From Oscillospiraceae bacterium (lineage in GTDB: Bacteria > Bacillota > Clostridia > Oscillospirales > JAVBNY01), in the NCBI GenBank assembly GCA_031551205.1, contig JAVBNY010000010.1:6113-70112 (forward strand): a DNA stretch of 64,000 nucleotides, written 5' to 3'. This document shows, piece after piece, positions 8,969-19,706 of the stretch. The notes under the pieces are model-generated. The model ran no database searches and was not told where the DNA came from. It saw nothing but the letters and a program-made list of their open reading frames with translations. Numbering within the stretch: position 1 is the stretch's first letter; every line of letters begins with the position of its first letter. The position numbers and the translations under genes were made by a program.

Positions 8969-9223
8969 GTGCTGAATAAAAAAGACCTCGAAGTCATGAG
9001 CGGCTTCGATATCACCGCGCTTGACCCCTCCCGTCTGGTGGATATCACCGAGGTGAAGATTGACCCCGGCGCACCCGATGCCGACAGGCTGGACGATTTT
9101 TTAAAGCAGATAGAAAATCCCTATTGCTACCGTGTAAACAATACCCCTGTCAAGATACGGTTTGGTCAGGGGAAGCCATATCTTGACCAGGTTTTAGAGG
9201 ACTATTTTACCCAAAACAAGTAG
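8969..9223 (+). CDS. DUF6870-like protein (usually precedes large serine recombinases)
   Basis: LVDITEVKID..RLDDFLKQIENPYCYRV..VKIRF pattern. Confidence 0.7.
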   Translation: MLNKKDLEVMSGFDITALDPSRLVDITEVKIDPGAPDADRLDDFLKQIENPYCYRVNNTPVKIRFGQGKPYLDQVLEDYFTQNK

Positions 9224-9289
9224 CTTCTTTGCCCCTGCTCTGTTATAATGAGATTGTGATTATAAGGGGCAACGAAAGGAGATTTTGCA

Positions 9290-10975
9290 ATGCCCCGGAT
9301 ACGAAAAAACCGAAATATTGAACATCGGCAAACCTTGTTCTGGTCGGTCTGTCTTTACATCCGTTTATCCCGCGAGGACAATAACGACGATGAAAGCGAG
9401 AGCGTCATCAATCAGGAAAAAATCCTCCGTGATTTCATCGAGAGCCATTTTGAGCTCGGTACCTACGAAATTGTCGAGGTCTTCGCTGACGACGGACGCA
9501 CCGGCACCGACACGAACCGCCCCGAGTTTCAGCGCATGAAGGAAGCTATTATAGACAAAAAGGTCAACTGTGTGGTTATGAAGTCTCTGTCCAGAGGCTT
9601 TCGCAACCTCGGCGACCAGCAGAAGTTCCTTGAGGAGTTTATCCCCTTGCACGGCATTCGCTTTGTCAACATGAGCTCCCCATTCATCGACACCTACAAC
9701 GACCCGCGCTCGGCAACCGGCCTTGAGATTCCCATAAGGGGAATGTTCAACGAACAGCACGCCGCCACCACCTCCGAAGAGGTCCGCAAAACCTTTCGGA
9801 TGAAGCGTGAGCGGGGTGAGTTCATCGGCGCGTTTGCTCCCTATGGCTACAAAAAATCGTCCGACAACAAAAATGATTTGGTTGTAGACGATGAAGCGGC
9901 GCAGGTGGTGCGCGACATCTTTTACTGGTTTATAAGCGATGGGATGAGCAAGAGGGGCATCGCCCAGAAGCTCAATGAACAGGGCGTTCCAAACCCCAGT
10001 GAGTACAAGCAAAGGCACAGCCTGAACTATCAGAACCCCAATTCTGATAAAAACGACGGTCTTTGGAGCGCCAACACAGTTTCCCGCATTTTGCAAAACC
10101 CTGTGTATATCGGGAACATGATACAGGGCCGCTACCGCGTTATTTCCTATAAGGTGCACAAGCAGATTCGAACGGCTGAAGATGAGTGGTTTGTCGTGGA
10201 AAACACCCACGAAGCCATTATCGACAAGGGCACGTTTGACAAGGCGCAATCGCTCCATCAGCTGGATACCCGGGTCGCTAACGGCAAGCAGGAGGTTCAT
10301 TTATTCAGTGGTCTTATCCGTTGTGCCGACTGCGGAAAGGCCATGCACCGCAAGACCTCCCGGAATATTGTCTACTATTTCTGCCGTTCCTTTGTCGACA
10401 AAAAGGTTTGCAGCAAGCATTCTATCCGTCTTGATGAACTGGAAAACGCTGTGTTGGTCTCCATTCAAAAGCAGGTTGAGCTTGCCGGGTCGCTGGAAAA
10501 AGTCATCGAGCGGATAAACAATGCTCCCAATCAGCACCGGGAGTCCATGCGGCTGACCCATGCGCTAAGCGATGCGGAAAAACAGCTGGCCAAATACAGC
10601 AATGCCGCAGACGGCCTGTATATGGATTGGAAATCGGGCGATATTACCCAGCAGGAGTACCACCGCTTGAAAGGCAAGTACACGGGACAGATTACCCAAT
10701 TGGAGAACACAATCAGGCGGATACGAGAAGACATGCAGGTGATGGCTCATGGTATTGATACCGAAAACACCTACTTTACCGCTTTTCTCAAGCACAGAAA
10801 CATACAAAGCCTGAATCGCGGAATCCTTACCGACCTTATCGACACAGTTTGGATTTACGAGGGCGGCGAAGTGATGATTGATTTTAACTTTGCCGACCAG
10901 TATCAGCAGATTGTTGATTACATCGAGAATAACCGCAACAACCTTGTGTTAGTAGAGAATAAGGCCGCTGTGTAG
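9290..10975 (+). CDS. Large serine recombinase (resolvase, recombinase, Zn ribbon, coiled-coil/DUF4368)
   Basis: YIRLSRED, DDGRTG, RPEFQRM, KSLSRGFR, APYGY, SGLIRCADCG. Confidence 0.92.
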   Translation: MPRIRKNRNIEHRQTLFWSVCLYIRLSREDNNDDESESVINQEKILRDFIESHFELGTYEIVEVFADDGRTGTDTNRPEFQRMKEAIIDKKVNCVVMKSLSRGFRNLGDQQKFLEEFIPLHGIRFVNMSSPFIDTYNDPRSATGLEIPIRGMFNEQHAATTSEEVRKTFRMKRERGEFIGAFAPYGYKKSSDNKNDLVVDDEAAQVVRDIFYWFISDGMSKRGIAQKLNEQGVPNPSEYKQRHSLNYQNPNSDKNDGLWSANTVSRILQNPVYIGNMIQGRYRVISYKVHKQIRTAEDEWFVVENTHEAIIDKGTFDKAQSLHQLDTRVANGKQEVHLFSGLIRCADCGKAMHRKTSRNIVYYFCRSFVDKKVCSKHSIRLDELENAVLVSIQKQVELAGSLEKVIERINNAPNQHRESMRLTHALSDAEKQLAKYSNAADGLYMDWKSGDITQQEYHRLKGKYTGQITQLENTIRRIREDMQVMAHGIDTENTYFTAFLKHRNIQSLNRGILTDLIDTVWIYEGGEVMIDFNFADQYQQIVDYIENNRNNLVLVENKAAV

Positions 10976-11023
10976 CAAATGGCGCGGTTCTCTGCTTTCC
11001 TTTCATCAATGTGTTGTGTGTAA

Positions 11024-11728
11024 ATAGACGGCGCCACCGGCCCACAGGGGCCGCAGGGCACTCAGGGGCCGATAGGCCCAATCGGAGCGACCGGAGCAAC
11101 CGGGGCAACAGGCGCGCAAGGGCTTCAGGGCATTCAGGGCCCTATAGGCCCAATCGGAGCGACCGGGGCAACCGGTGCGCAGGGCCTTCAAGGCATTCAG
11201 GGGCCCCAGGGGCCGCAGGGACTTGCCGGCGTGCAAGGCCCACAAGGGCCGCAAGGGCCGCAAGGTGTTGCCGGCCCGCAGGGGCCACAGGGTATTCAGG
11301 GGCCGCTCTCAACAAATGATTACGCCATCGCGGAGAGCAACACGCCTCAGAGCGTGGTGTCCGGCGGGCTGATAGAGATATCAAACCAGTCTTATCTTTC
11401 GACGGCCTCCTTTGCGGACACCTCGCCCACCGTCATCACCATACTGGCCTCCGGTACCTACAGGATCGATTATAAGATCATGGCCGAGGGTCAGCGAGAC
11501 GCCGCCATCTATCTGAACGGTGTTTTGTTATCCACAAGCCACCACTTCAACGCACTCTCCGGCGCGCTTATTGGGACTGCGATAGCGGTAATCCCGGCGG
11601 GGCAGACGCCCTCCGCCCTGACGCTCAGGAACACAAGCGCCCTGCCGATGAACATTCCGATCTACGCCGGGAGCATTATTCCGGGCACCCCTTCCAACGT
11701 CTACGTCGTGATCACAAAATACGCCTGA
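11024..11728 (+). pseudogene. 3' part of a BclA-like collagen-repeat (exosporium-type) gene lacking its start
   Basis: Gly-X-Y repeats start at ~11030 directly after an in-frame TAA (11021), with no RBS or ATG; BclA_C-like beta domain (GTYRIDY). Confidence 0.75.
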
Positions 11729-11772
11729 GCGGCGCCTCTCATTTCCCCGTTTGACTAAAAGGGGAATACGAT

Positions 11773-11805
11773 GAAAAACTGCCTTCCAAACGGAGGGCAG
11801 TTTTT
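11773..11805 (+). terminator. Intrinsic terminator
   Basis: AAAACTGCCTTCC-AAAC-GGAGGGCAGTTTTT. Confidence 0.75.
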
Positions 11806-11806
11806 C

Positions 11807-11876
11807 TAGGGCGTGCCGACACTAATGGAAATGCTCAGATTTCAAGCATATTTTGCTCTCGTGTCAGCACTATCTA
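11807..11876. repeat. Short, internally deleted copy of the MITE-like repeat at 47873
   Basis: Its reverse complement CAAAATATGCTTGAAATCTGAGCATTTCCATTAGTGTCGGCACGCC aligns with 47986-48031. Confidence 0.65.
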
Positions 11877-11905
11877 AAATGAAAAGGGAATTTTTTATTT
11901 TGCCG

Positions 11906-11935
11906 GTATAATACGGAAAACATGGGGCAATAATA
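11906..11935 (+). promoter_or_regulatory. SigF-type promoter
   Basis: GTATA-15-GGCAATAATA matches the SigF consensus, upstream of the M23 gene. Confidence 0.6.
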
Positions 11936-11955
11936 CATGTCGGAGGTGCATTATA

Positions 11956-12804
11956 TTGAGCAAATACAATGAAAAGACGCGCGGCGTATCCGAATTTTTT
12001 TCTGGAAAGGGATTTTACATAATCCTGATCCTATGCGTCGCGGCAATAGGCGTATCAGGTTATGTTCTGTTCTTCACCGGAAACGACGGCCCATCCGCGG
12101 AAACGGCAGGCACGGAGCTTGTCGCTGTCCCGGACGATTCAGCGAGAGACTATGTTAACAGCGCGGTCAGGGACGAGCTCGGCGCGGCGGCCGGCAATAT
12201 TTACGACGCCTACGACCTTCCGGAGCCTGTGACAGCGCCGGAAAGCCTGATGGTCTCACCCTCGGCCTCTCCAAAACCTTCAGCAAGTCCTGAGGCAAAA
12301 CCGGGCGCGAAAACCGAAAAACCCGCCACGGATAAAAAGACGCCTTCCGGTGCGGACGAACCTGCCGCAAAAACCGCGGCAGTGGGCGGATCGTTCATCT
12401 GGCCGCTGAACGGCAAGGTTTCTCAAGCCTTTTCAAAGGACGAGCTCGTTTTCAACTCGACGCTTGACGACTGGCGGGTGCACACAGGGGTTGACATCGA
12501 GGCCCCTTCCGGCGCGAAGGTCGCCGCAATCAGCTCGGGTACTGTCGAGGACGTGTATGACTCTGAGCTCATGGGCACAACCGTTATCATCGACCACGGA
12601 AACGAGTTGAAAAGCGTGTATTCAAACCTCATGGCGAAACCGACCGTCAAAAAGGGCGACAAGGTCTCCCCCGGCGACATTATCGGCGGTGTGGGCGACA
12701 CGGCAATCGGCGAAACCGCGCAGACATCTCACATCCACCTTGAGGTCATCAGGGACGGAGCTCAGATCGACCCCGAGACAGTCCTCCCGAAAAAGCAGCC
12801 TTAG
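11956..12804 (+). CDS. M23 peptidase, SpoIIQ-like
   Basis: N-terminal TM GFYIILILCVAAIGV, HTGVD and HIHLE motifs, SigF-type promoter. Confidence 0.8.
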   Translation: MSKYNEKTRGVSEFFSGKGFYIILILCVAAIGVSGYVLFFTGNDGPSAETAGTELVAVPDDSARDYVNSAVRDELGAAAGNIYDAYDLPEPVTAPESLMVSPSASPKPSASPEAKPGAKTEKPATDKKTPSGADEPAAKTAAVGGSFIWPLNGKVSQAFSKDELVFNSTLDDWRVHTGVDIEAPSGAKVAAISSGTVEDVYDSELMGTTVIIDHGNELKSVYSNLMAKPTVKKGDKVSPGDIIGGVGDTAIGETAQTSHIHLEVIRDGAQIDPETVLPKKQP

Positions 12805-12819
12805 CTCATATAACACAAC

Positions 12820-12850
12820 CGGGCCCGCTGAAATAAATCAGCGGGCCCGC
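12820..12850. terminator. Bidirectional terminator hairpin
   Basis: CGGGCCCGCTGA/TCAGCGGGCCCG between convergent genes. Confidence 0.7.
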
Positions 12851-13006
12851 ATCAAATCTTTCCCCTAAATGCGCTAAAACAACTGTAAGGCAAATCCAAA
12901 ACAGGTTTACACCGATAGTATATCTCTTTATCTGTCGGTTGTCAACTTCTTTCTTCGCGGATACGTAAAAAATTGCGCGCCTGCCTACATACGGCCCGGC
13001 ATCGCC

Positions 13007-14974
13007 CTATGCGCCCGACCGGAGTTTGATAATCTGGTCGCGCAGCACGGCGGCGTACTCAAATTCAAGCATCTTCGCAGCCTTCCTCATGTCGGTCTCA
13101 AGCTTTTCAATCGCAACCTTGCGCTCCCTCTCGGTCATCTTCACACCGTCGCGCCCGGAGGCGCCGCGGGAGGCGGGCTTCGAAATCTCGATCAACTCGC
13201 GGATGCTCTTTTTAATCGTCTTCGGGGTAATGCCGTGCTCAAGGTTATGAGCCTGCTGGAGCTCGCGGCGCCTGTTTGTCTCGCCGATAGCGCGCTCCAT
13301 CGACGGGGTTATTTTGTCGGCGTACATGACGACGCGGCCCTCGGCGTTTCGCGCGGCGCGGCCGATAGTCTGAATAAGAGAGGTTTCCGACCGCAGAAAG
13401 CCCTCCTTGTCCGCGTCCAGTATCGCGACGAGCGACACCTCCGGCAGATCCAGCCCCTCGCGCAGAAGGTTTATGCCGACAAGGGCGGAAAACTCCCCGG
13501 CGCGCAGGTCGCGGATGATCTCCATACGCTCCATCGAGTCGATGTCGTGGTGCATGTACCGCACCTTGATGCCGACGGTCTTCAGATAATCCGTCAGATC
13601 CTCGGCCATCTTTTTAGTCAGCGTCGTGACGAGCACGCGCTCGTCACGCTCCGCGCGCATATTTATCTCCGCTATCAGGTCGTCGATCTGCCCCTCTACG
13701 GGGCGAATGATCACCTCAGGGTCGCAAAGGCCCGTGGGACGGATCACCTGCTCGACAATCTGCCCCGACCTGCTTTTTTCATAGTCCGACGGCGTGGCTG
13801 AGACGTATACGATCTGGTTCGTCTTGCCCATAAACTCGTCAAAGTTCAGCGGGCGGTTGTCGTAGGCCGATGGAAGGCGAAAGCCGTAGTCAATGAGGTT
13901 CGCCTTGCGGGAGCGGTCCCCGGCGTACATCGCGCGCACCTGCGGCACCGAGACGTGCGACTCGTCGATGATCAGGAGGAAATCCTTGGGGAAGTAATCA
14001 ATCAGCGTGTTCGGCACGCTGCCCGGCGGGCGGCCCGACATAACGCGCGAATAGTTTTCAATCCCGGAGCAAAATCCGAGTTCCCTGAGCATCTCCATGT
14101 CGTAAAGTGTGCGCTGCCTTATGCGCTGCGCCTCCAAAAGCTTGCTCTCCTCCTCAAAAAACCGAACCCGTTCCCAAAGCTCGCGGTCGATCTCCTGAAT
14201 GGCGGCGTCCATCTTTTCCCCCGACGTGATATAGTGCGACGCCGGGTAGATCGCGACGTGCGACACATGCCGCCTGAGTTCCCCCGTGAGCACCCCGATC
14301 TCCGATATGCGCTCGACCTCGTCGCCGAAAAATTCGACCCTGAGCGCGTAATCGCTGACATAGGCAGGGAAAATCTCAACCGTATCGCCCCGGACGCGGA
14401 ACTTGTTGCGCTCAAACGCGATGTCGTTGCGCTCGTAGCGTATCGAGACGAGCTTTCGCATAAGCGCGTCGCGCTCAAGCATCATGCCCTGGCGCAGGGA
14501 GATGACCATCGACGCGTAGTCGATAGGGTCGCCGAGGCTGTAGATGCACGACACCGACGCGACGACGATCACGTCGCGACGCTCAAAGAGCGAGGAGGTG
14601 GCGCTGTGTCTGAGGCGCTCGATCTCGCTGTTTATTGCTGAGTCCTTCTCAATATACGTGTCGGTGTGCGCGATGTAGGCCTCGGGCTGGTAATAGTCGT
14701 AGTAGCTTACAAAGTACTCGACCGCGTTTTCGGGGAAGAACTCGCGCAGCTCGGAGCAGAGCTGGGCTGCGAGAATCTTGTTGTGCGCGAGCACCAGCGT
14801 CGGGCGGCGCACCCGCTCGATGACCTTTGCCATTGTATACGTCTTGCCCGAGCCGGTCACGCCGAGCAGCGTCTGCTCCTCAAGGCCGTTTTCAATGCCA
14901 AGGGCCAGCTTTTCGATCGCCTGCGGCTGATCGCCTGCGGGCTCAAACTCGCTTATTACCTTAAATTCCGCCAT
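13007..14974 (-). CDS. uvrB: Excinuclease ABC subunit B
   Basis: [34 protein letters not shown]-terminal UVR domain. Confidence 0.97.
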   Translation of the reverse strand: MAEFKVISEFEPAGDQPQAIEKLALGIENGLEEQTLLGVTGSGKTYTMAKVIERVRRPTLVLAHNKILAAQLCSELREFFPENAVEYFVSYYDYYQPEAYIAHTDTYIEKDSAINSEIERLRHSATSSLFERRDVIVVASVSCIYSLGDPIDYASMVISLRQGMMLERDALMRKLVSIRYERNDIAFERNKFRVRGDTVEIFPAYVSDYALRVEFFGDEVERISEIGVLTGELRRHVSHVAIYPASHYITSGEKMDAAIQEIDRELWERVRFFEEESKLLEAQRIRQRTLYDMEMLRELGFCSGIENYSRVMSGRPPGSVPNTLIDYFPKDFLLIIDESHVSVPQVRAMYAGDRSRKANLIDYGFRLPSAYDNRPLNFDEFMGKTNQIVYVSATPSDYEKSRSGQIVEQVIRPTGLCDPEVIIRPVEGQIDDLIAEINMRAERDERVLVTTLTKKMAEDLTDYLKTVGIKVRYMHHDIDSMERMEIIRDLRAGEFSALVGINLLREGLDLPEVSLVAILDADKEGFLRSETSLIQTIGRAARNAEGRVVMYADKITPSMERAIGETNRRRELQQAHNLEHGITPKTIKKSIRELIEISKPASRGASGRDGVKMTERERKVAIEKLETDMRKAAKMLEFEYAAVLRDQIIKLRSGA

Positions 14975-16295
14975 AATCCCCTCCCGGCCGGATGGCCGCG
15001 TCATCGCCTGCTGAAACCGCTCCCATGAGAAATTCATCCCCGAAGTGCTCTATCCTGACGGGGAGAACTCTCCCCCGCAGGCCGCTCCCCGGCGCCCTGA
15101 CCTCCAAATAGTTTTCCGACGTGCCGGAGCAAACGCCGCCTTCCTCGCTCTCGAACAGGACGGAAAGCGTCCTGCCGGCCATTTTTGCGCAATAATCGCG
15201 CGACATCCCGAGCTTCACCGCCCCGGCGCGCGCCGCCCGCTCAGACCTGACCGCCTTCGGGATTTGATCCCTCATTGAGGCCGCCGGGGTGCCCTCGCGG
15301 CGGGAAAACGGGAAGATGTGCATCGAAGCGAACCCGCACTGCCTGATAAACTCGAGCGTCTCCTCAAACTCGGCCTCCGTCTCTCCGGGAAAGCCGACGA
15401 TCAGGTCCGTCGTAACGGCGCAGAGCGGGAAGTAGGTCTCCAGCAGACGTAAAGTTTCCAGAAAGCGCTCTGGCGTGTATCGCCTGCCCATACGCTTGAG
15501 CGTAGCCGCGCACCCGCTCTGGAGCGACAGGTGAAAGTGCGGGCAGAGGTTAGGCTGCTTTGATACCGCCTCGCAGAAGTCCTCGCCAACCGTGCGCGGC
15601 TCGAGCGAGCCGAGCCTCACCCTCACATCTGGCGCGGCTTCGCACACGGCTGTCACGGCTTCCGTGAGCTTCACGCCTCCCAGGTCTTTTCCATAAGACG
15701 AAAGCTCAATCCCGCAGAGCACAAGCTCGCGATAACCCTCTTTTTCGATCCCCTCGGCCATCTCTGCGGCATCTTTTGGCGGGAGAGATCGCACTCCTCC
15801 TCTGGCCTTCGGGATAATGCAATAGGTGCAGTGATTGTCGCACCCGTCCTGTATCTTTAGGAGCGCGCGCGTCCGCCCTCCAATGGACCCCGCGGGGAGC
15901 CTCTCAAACTCGGACGGAAAGCCCGAAATTTTTACGCCCAGCGAGGCGTCTCTCCCCGAAAGCAACGGCTCCAGCTCGCGCAGAAAATCTGCCCTTCCGG
16001 CGCTGCCCGAGATGAAAACCACACCGTCAAGCTCCGAGAGCGCGCCTCCGTCCAGCTGTGAAAGGCACCCGCACACGGCGACGCGCGCCCCCGGGTTCCT
16101 TTTCAGCGCCGCACGCACAGCTGTGCGTGACTTCCGCGCGGATTCTCCGGTGACGGCGCAGGTATTTATGATATAAAGCCCCGCAGCCGCGCCAAACGGG
16201 ACAATACTGTGCCCCTTTTCTCGCAAAATCCGCTCGAGCGCCTGAGTTTCATACTGATTGACCTTGCAGCCGAGCGTGTAAAACGCAATATCCAT
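14961..16295 (-). CDS. mtaB: tRNA t6A37 methylthiotransferase
   Basis: [31 protein letters not shown]. Confidence 0.92.
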   Translation of the reverse strand: MDIAFYTLGCKVNQYETQALERILREKGHSIVPFGAAAGLYIINTCAVTGESARKSRTAVRAALKRNPGARVAVCGCLSQLDGGALSELDGVVFISGSAGRADFLRELEPLLSGRDASLGVKISGFPSEFERLPAGSIGGRTRALLKIQDGCDNHCTYCIIPKARGGVRSLPPKDAAEMAEGIEKEGYRELVLCGIELSSYGKDLGGVKLTEAVTAVCEAAPDVRVRLGSLEPRTVGEDFCEAVSKQPNLCPHFHLSLQSGCAATLKRMGRRYTPERFLETLRLLETYFPLCAVTTDLIVGFPGETEAEFEETLEFIRQCGFASMHIFPFSRREGTPAASMRDQIPKAVRSERAARAGAVKLGMSRDYCAKMAGRTLSVLFESEEGGVCSGTSENYLEVRAPGSGLRGRVLPVRIEHFGDEFLMGAVSAGDDAAIRPGGDYGGI

Positions 16296-16387
16296 GTTTT
16301 TCTCCAGAAGCGAATAAATATATGTTGCTTAAAGCTCAATAATGGTATATACTATTTGGCATTGACAATATTTTTGAGGTGTTTAAT

Positions 16388-16630
16388 ATGCGATCTTTTG
16401 AGGTTCTTCTGACTTCCATCAACGACGTGAAGCATTTTGTCAACTCGGCCTGCATGCAGCCTTGCGATATTGACATCGTATCCGGCAGGTATATCATCGA
16501 CGCTAAGTCCATTATGGGCATATTCAGCATCGACCTTGCGAAGCCCATTCGGGTTGAGGTGCAGGGCACCGATGCGGAGGCCGACGCCTTCATGGACTCC
16601 GTCAAAGACTTTATCCTGCCCGAGGCCTGA
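16388..16630 (+). CDS. HPr-family protein lacking His15
   Basis: IDAKSIMG (Ser46 motif); no GLHAR motif. Confidence 0.8.
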   Translation: MRSFEVLLTSINDVKHFVNSACMQPCDIDIVSGRYIIDAKSIMGIFSIDLAKPIRVEVQGTDAEADAFMDSVKDFILPEA

Positions 16631-16652
16631 TCCCGCTTATTGCGTACATTCC

Positions 16653-16690
16653 AAAACGGAGAAGCCGGCGGCTTCTCCGTTTTTGTTTTT
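16653..16690. terminator. Bidirectional terminator
   Basis: AAAACGGAGAAGCC/GGCTTCTCCGTTTT. Confidence 0.75.
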
Positions 16691-16721
16691 CAGTATACCG
16701 GGCAGGTGACTAAATCGCCTG

Positions 16722-18848
16722 TCAGGGCGTAAACTTGCCGGATTCAATATCCGCCAGCGCGTCCTTCCGCGAGAGGTTTATCCTGCCCTTGTCGTCAACC
16801 TCGACAACCTTGACCCACGTCTCGTCGCCGACCTTGACAACGTCCTCAACCTTGGCCACCCTGTGGTTTTCAAGCTTGGAGATGTGGATGAGCCCTTCCT
16901 TGCCGGGCGCGAACTCGACAAACGCGCCGAACGTCATAAGCCTTGTCACCTTGCCGTGGAAGATATCCCCGATCTTCGGGTCTAGCACGATGGCCTCGAT
17001 TATCTTCAGCGCGCGCTCGCAGTCGTCCCGGTTCGGGGCGGCAATGAACACCCGGCCGTCGTCCTCGATGTCGATCTTCGTGCCCGTTTCGGCCACGATC
17101 TTCTGGATGACCTTTCCACCTGGGCCGATGACTTCCCTGATCTTGTCGACGTCGATCGTGATCTGGATCATCTTCGGCGCGTAAGGTGAGAGCTCGGCGC
17201 GCGGCTCCGGGATGCATTTCAGCATAACATTGTCAAGTATATCATACCGTCCGTCGCGCGTGATCTCGAGCGCGGAGCGGATGATCTCCGGGGTGAGACC
17301 GTCGATCTTCAGGTCCATCTGGATTGCGGTTATGCCCTTCTTAGTGCCGGCGACCTTGAAGTCCATGTCGCCGTAAAAGTCCTCAACGCCCTGGATGTCG
17401 ATGAACGTCATCCACCTGTCGCCCTCGGTGATGAGCCCGGAGGAGATGCCGGCCACGGGAGCCTTGATCGGCACACCGGCGTCCATCAGCGCGAGCGTAG
17501 AGCCGCAGATAGCGCCCTGCGAGGTCGACCCGTTGGAGGAGAGTACCTCGGACACGAGCCTTATGCAGTAGGGGAACTCTTCCTCCGTAGGAATTACCGG
17601 CTCGAGCGCGCGCTCGGCCAGCGCCCCGTGCCCGATCTCGCGGCGGCCCGGACCGCGCGACGGCCTCGCCTCGCCGACCGAATAGGACGGGAAGTTGTAG
17701 TGATGCATATACCTCTTTGACTCCTCGTCAAAGATATTGTCAAGCTTCTGCTGGTCGCCGATCGTGCCAAGCGTCGCAACCGTCAGCACCTGCGTCTGCC
17801 CTCGCGTAAAGAGGCCCGAGCCGTGCACACGGCTGACCAGGCCGACCTCGGAGGCAAGCGGTCGGATCTCATCAAGGCCCCTGCCGTCGACGCGCTTTTT
17901 GTCGTCGAGCAACCAGCGGCGCACAACAAATTTCTGAATCTTGTAGATACATTCCTCAAGATGCTTTTCAACGTCGGGGTATTTCTCGGAGAAATGAGCG
18001 ACCATCTCGGCGCGGAAGGCCTTCATACGCTCCTCGCGCACGTTCTTGTCGTCGGTATCGAGCGCGCTTCTCATCTTGTCGACGGAATACTCCTTCATCT
18101 CGGCAAAGAGCTCGTCGTTAAACGACGCTCTGGCATACTCAAATTTAGCCTTGCCGATCTCGGCCTTTATCGCCTCAATGAACGCGACGATCTTCTTGTT
18201 CTCCTCGTGGGCGAACATGATCCCGTCGTACATGACCTCCTCGGACACCTGGTTCGCGCCCGCCTCGATCATGGCAACCTTCGTGGCGGTGGAGGCGACC
18301 GTGACATGCATCTCGCTCTTTTCGCGCTCGGCGTTCGTCGGGTTGATCACATACTGCCCGTCCACATATCCGACGACGCAGCCCGCTATCGGCCCGCCCC
18401 ACGGGATATCTGAGATCGAGATCGCGATTGAGGCGCCGATCATGGCCACCGTCTCGGGCGCGCAGTCGGTCTCAACCGACATCACCGTCGCGCAAACGGC
18501 AACGTCGTTGCGCATGTCGCTCGGGAACAGCGGGCGCACCGGCCTGTCAATAAGCCTCGACGCCAGCACCGCCTTCTCGGAAGGTCTTCCCTCGCGCCTT
18601 AAAAAGCTGCCGGGGATGCGCCCGACGGAATAGAGCCTCTCCTCGAAATCGACGGAGAGCGGGAAATAGTCGATGCCCTCGCGCGGGCGCTGTGACGCCG
18701 TGGCCGTAACCAGCACGGTCGTGTCGCCATACTTGATGAAGCACGAGCCGTTTGCCAGCTCGGCCATCTTGCCTGTCTCGACGGTGAGCTCGCGCCCGCC
18801 GAGCGTTGTCTTGTAGATGCGGTGTTCGTTAAACTCCTTAGCCTTCAT
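16722..18848 (-). CDS. pnp: Polyribonucleotide nucleotidyltransferase
   Basis: [30 protein letters not shown] and S1 domains. Confidence 0.97.
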   Translation of the reverse strand: MKAKEFNEHRIYKTTLGGRELTVETGKMAELANGSCFIKYGDTTVLVTATASQRPREGIDYFPLSVDFEERLYSVGRIPGSFLRREGRPSEKAVLASRLIDRPVRPLFPSDMRNDVAVCATVMSVETDCAPETVAMIGASIAISISDIPWGGPIAGCVVGYVDGQYVINPTNAEREKSEMHVTVASTATKVAMIEAGANQVSEEVMYDGIMFAHEENKKIVAFIEAIKAEIGKAKFEYARASFNDELFAEMKEYSVDKMRSALDTDDKNVREERMKAFRAEMVAHFSEKYPDVEKHLEECIYKIQKFVVRRWLLDDKKRVDGRGLDEIRPLASEVGLVSRVHGSGLFTRGQTQVLTVATLGTIGDQQKLDNIFDEESKRYMHHYNFPSYSVGEARPSRGPGRREIGHGALAERALEPVIPTEEEFPYCIRLVSEVLSSNGSTSQGAICGSTLALMDAGVPIKAPVAGISSGLITEGDRWMTFIDIQGVEDFYGDMDFKVAGTKKGITAIQMDLKIDGLTPEIIRSALEITRDGRYDILDNVMLKCIPEPRAELSPYAPKMIQITIDVDKIREVIGPGGKVIQKIVAETGTKIDIEDDGRVFIAAPNRDDCERALKIIEAIVLDPKIGDIFHGKVTRLMTFGAFVEFAPGKEGLIHISKLENHRVAKVEDVVKVGDETWVKVVEVDDKGRINLSRKDALADIESGKFTP

Positions 18849-18896
18849 AATACCTCCAAAAGCTTTGCTCTGCCCCCAAAAGGGGGTGTGTTCCGA

Positions 18897-18980
18897 GGCC
18901 GCGGAGCACTGTTTAGCACTTGAATCCGCCGTTTCGCCCGTAAAAAAACAGATTCAAACGCTAAAAAAGCGCCGCGGCCA
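18897..18980 (-). promoter_or_regulatory. Long leader hairpin upstream of pnp (probable RNase III site)
   Basis: GGCCGCGG..TTTAGC..TTGAATC / GATTCAA..GCTAAA..CCGCGGCC imperfect stem between rpsO and pnp. Confidence 0.55.
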
Positions 18981-19056
18981 TGACCGTTTCATTTAATTCG
19001 GGACGGGACAGGCGCACTTAAACGATGCCCCTGAGACCCCGCCCCGCAAATAATGA

Positions 19057-19323
19057 CTATTTCCTGATCCCGAGCTTCGCGATAATCGTGCGGTAACGCT
19101 CAACATCCTTCTTGGTCAGATAGTCAAGCAGGGAGCGGCGCGCGCCGACCATCTTCAAAAGGCCCCGCCTCGAGTGGTTATCCTTCTTGTGGATCTTGAG
19201 GTGCTCGGTAAGCTGGTTGATCCTCTCCGTGAGGATCGCGATCTGGACCTCGGGCGAGCCCGTGTCCGTCTCGTGGATGCGGTTCTGCTCAATAATGGAC
19301 GTCTTCTGGTCTTTAAGCATCAT
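19057..19323 (-). CDS. rpsO: 30S ribosomal protein S15
   Basis: [29 protein letters not shown]. Confidence 0.97.
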   Translation of the reverse strand: MMLKDQKTSIIEQNRIHETDTGSPEVQIAILTERINQLTEHLKIHKKDNHSRRGLLKMVGARRSLLDYLTKKDVERYRTIIAKLGIRK

Positions 19324-19706
19324 AGTTATCATCTCACCTTTCAATTTTTTGCCCTCAGAGCCTGGTTCAAGGCGGGTGAATACCGCAAAAACGCGGCTTT
19401 TTCCTTAAACTAAGCATCGGGGCCGTGACGACTAAGTAATACTAACATAATTGCCCCTTTTTGTAAAGAGGTCGGCCGATTAAATATTACTGCGGCAGAA
19501 GATTTTCCTCCCCTGTGCAGCCGCTGTTCCCTGAAACAGCCATCGACGAAAGTGCGGCTTCGATTATCAGGCGTGTGGTTTTATGGACTCTGTTATTATG
19601 ACCGAAATCCGGGTCTGCATCCGGGCGGCGGAAAAAACACATCTAAAAACGGGAGCTGACCGGAAAAATACCCGGCCGTTCCCCGTTTTTTCGTGCGCAG
19701 TCATGC

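Larger units (their letters stand above)
1..11023. mobile_element. Right part of an integrated element (IME/genomic island); left end outside window
   Basis: Terminal serine recombinase plus DUF6870, tyrosine recombinase, XRE switch and TA-like genes; abrupt junction into a headless collagen ORF. Confidence 0.7.

Noticed and set aside
11030-11310. Tandem short repeats as a CRISPR array or VNTR
   Set aside because: They are Gly-X-Y collagen codons; no repeat-spacer structure or cas genes are seen in the window.
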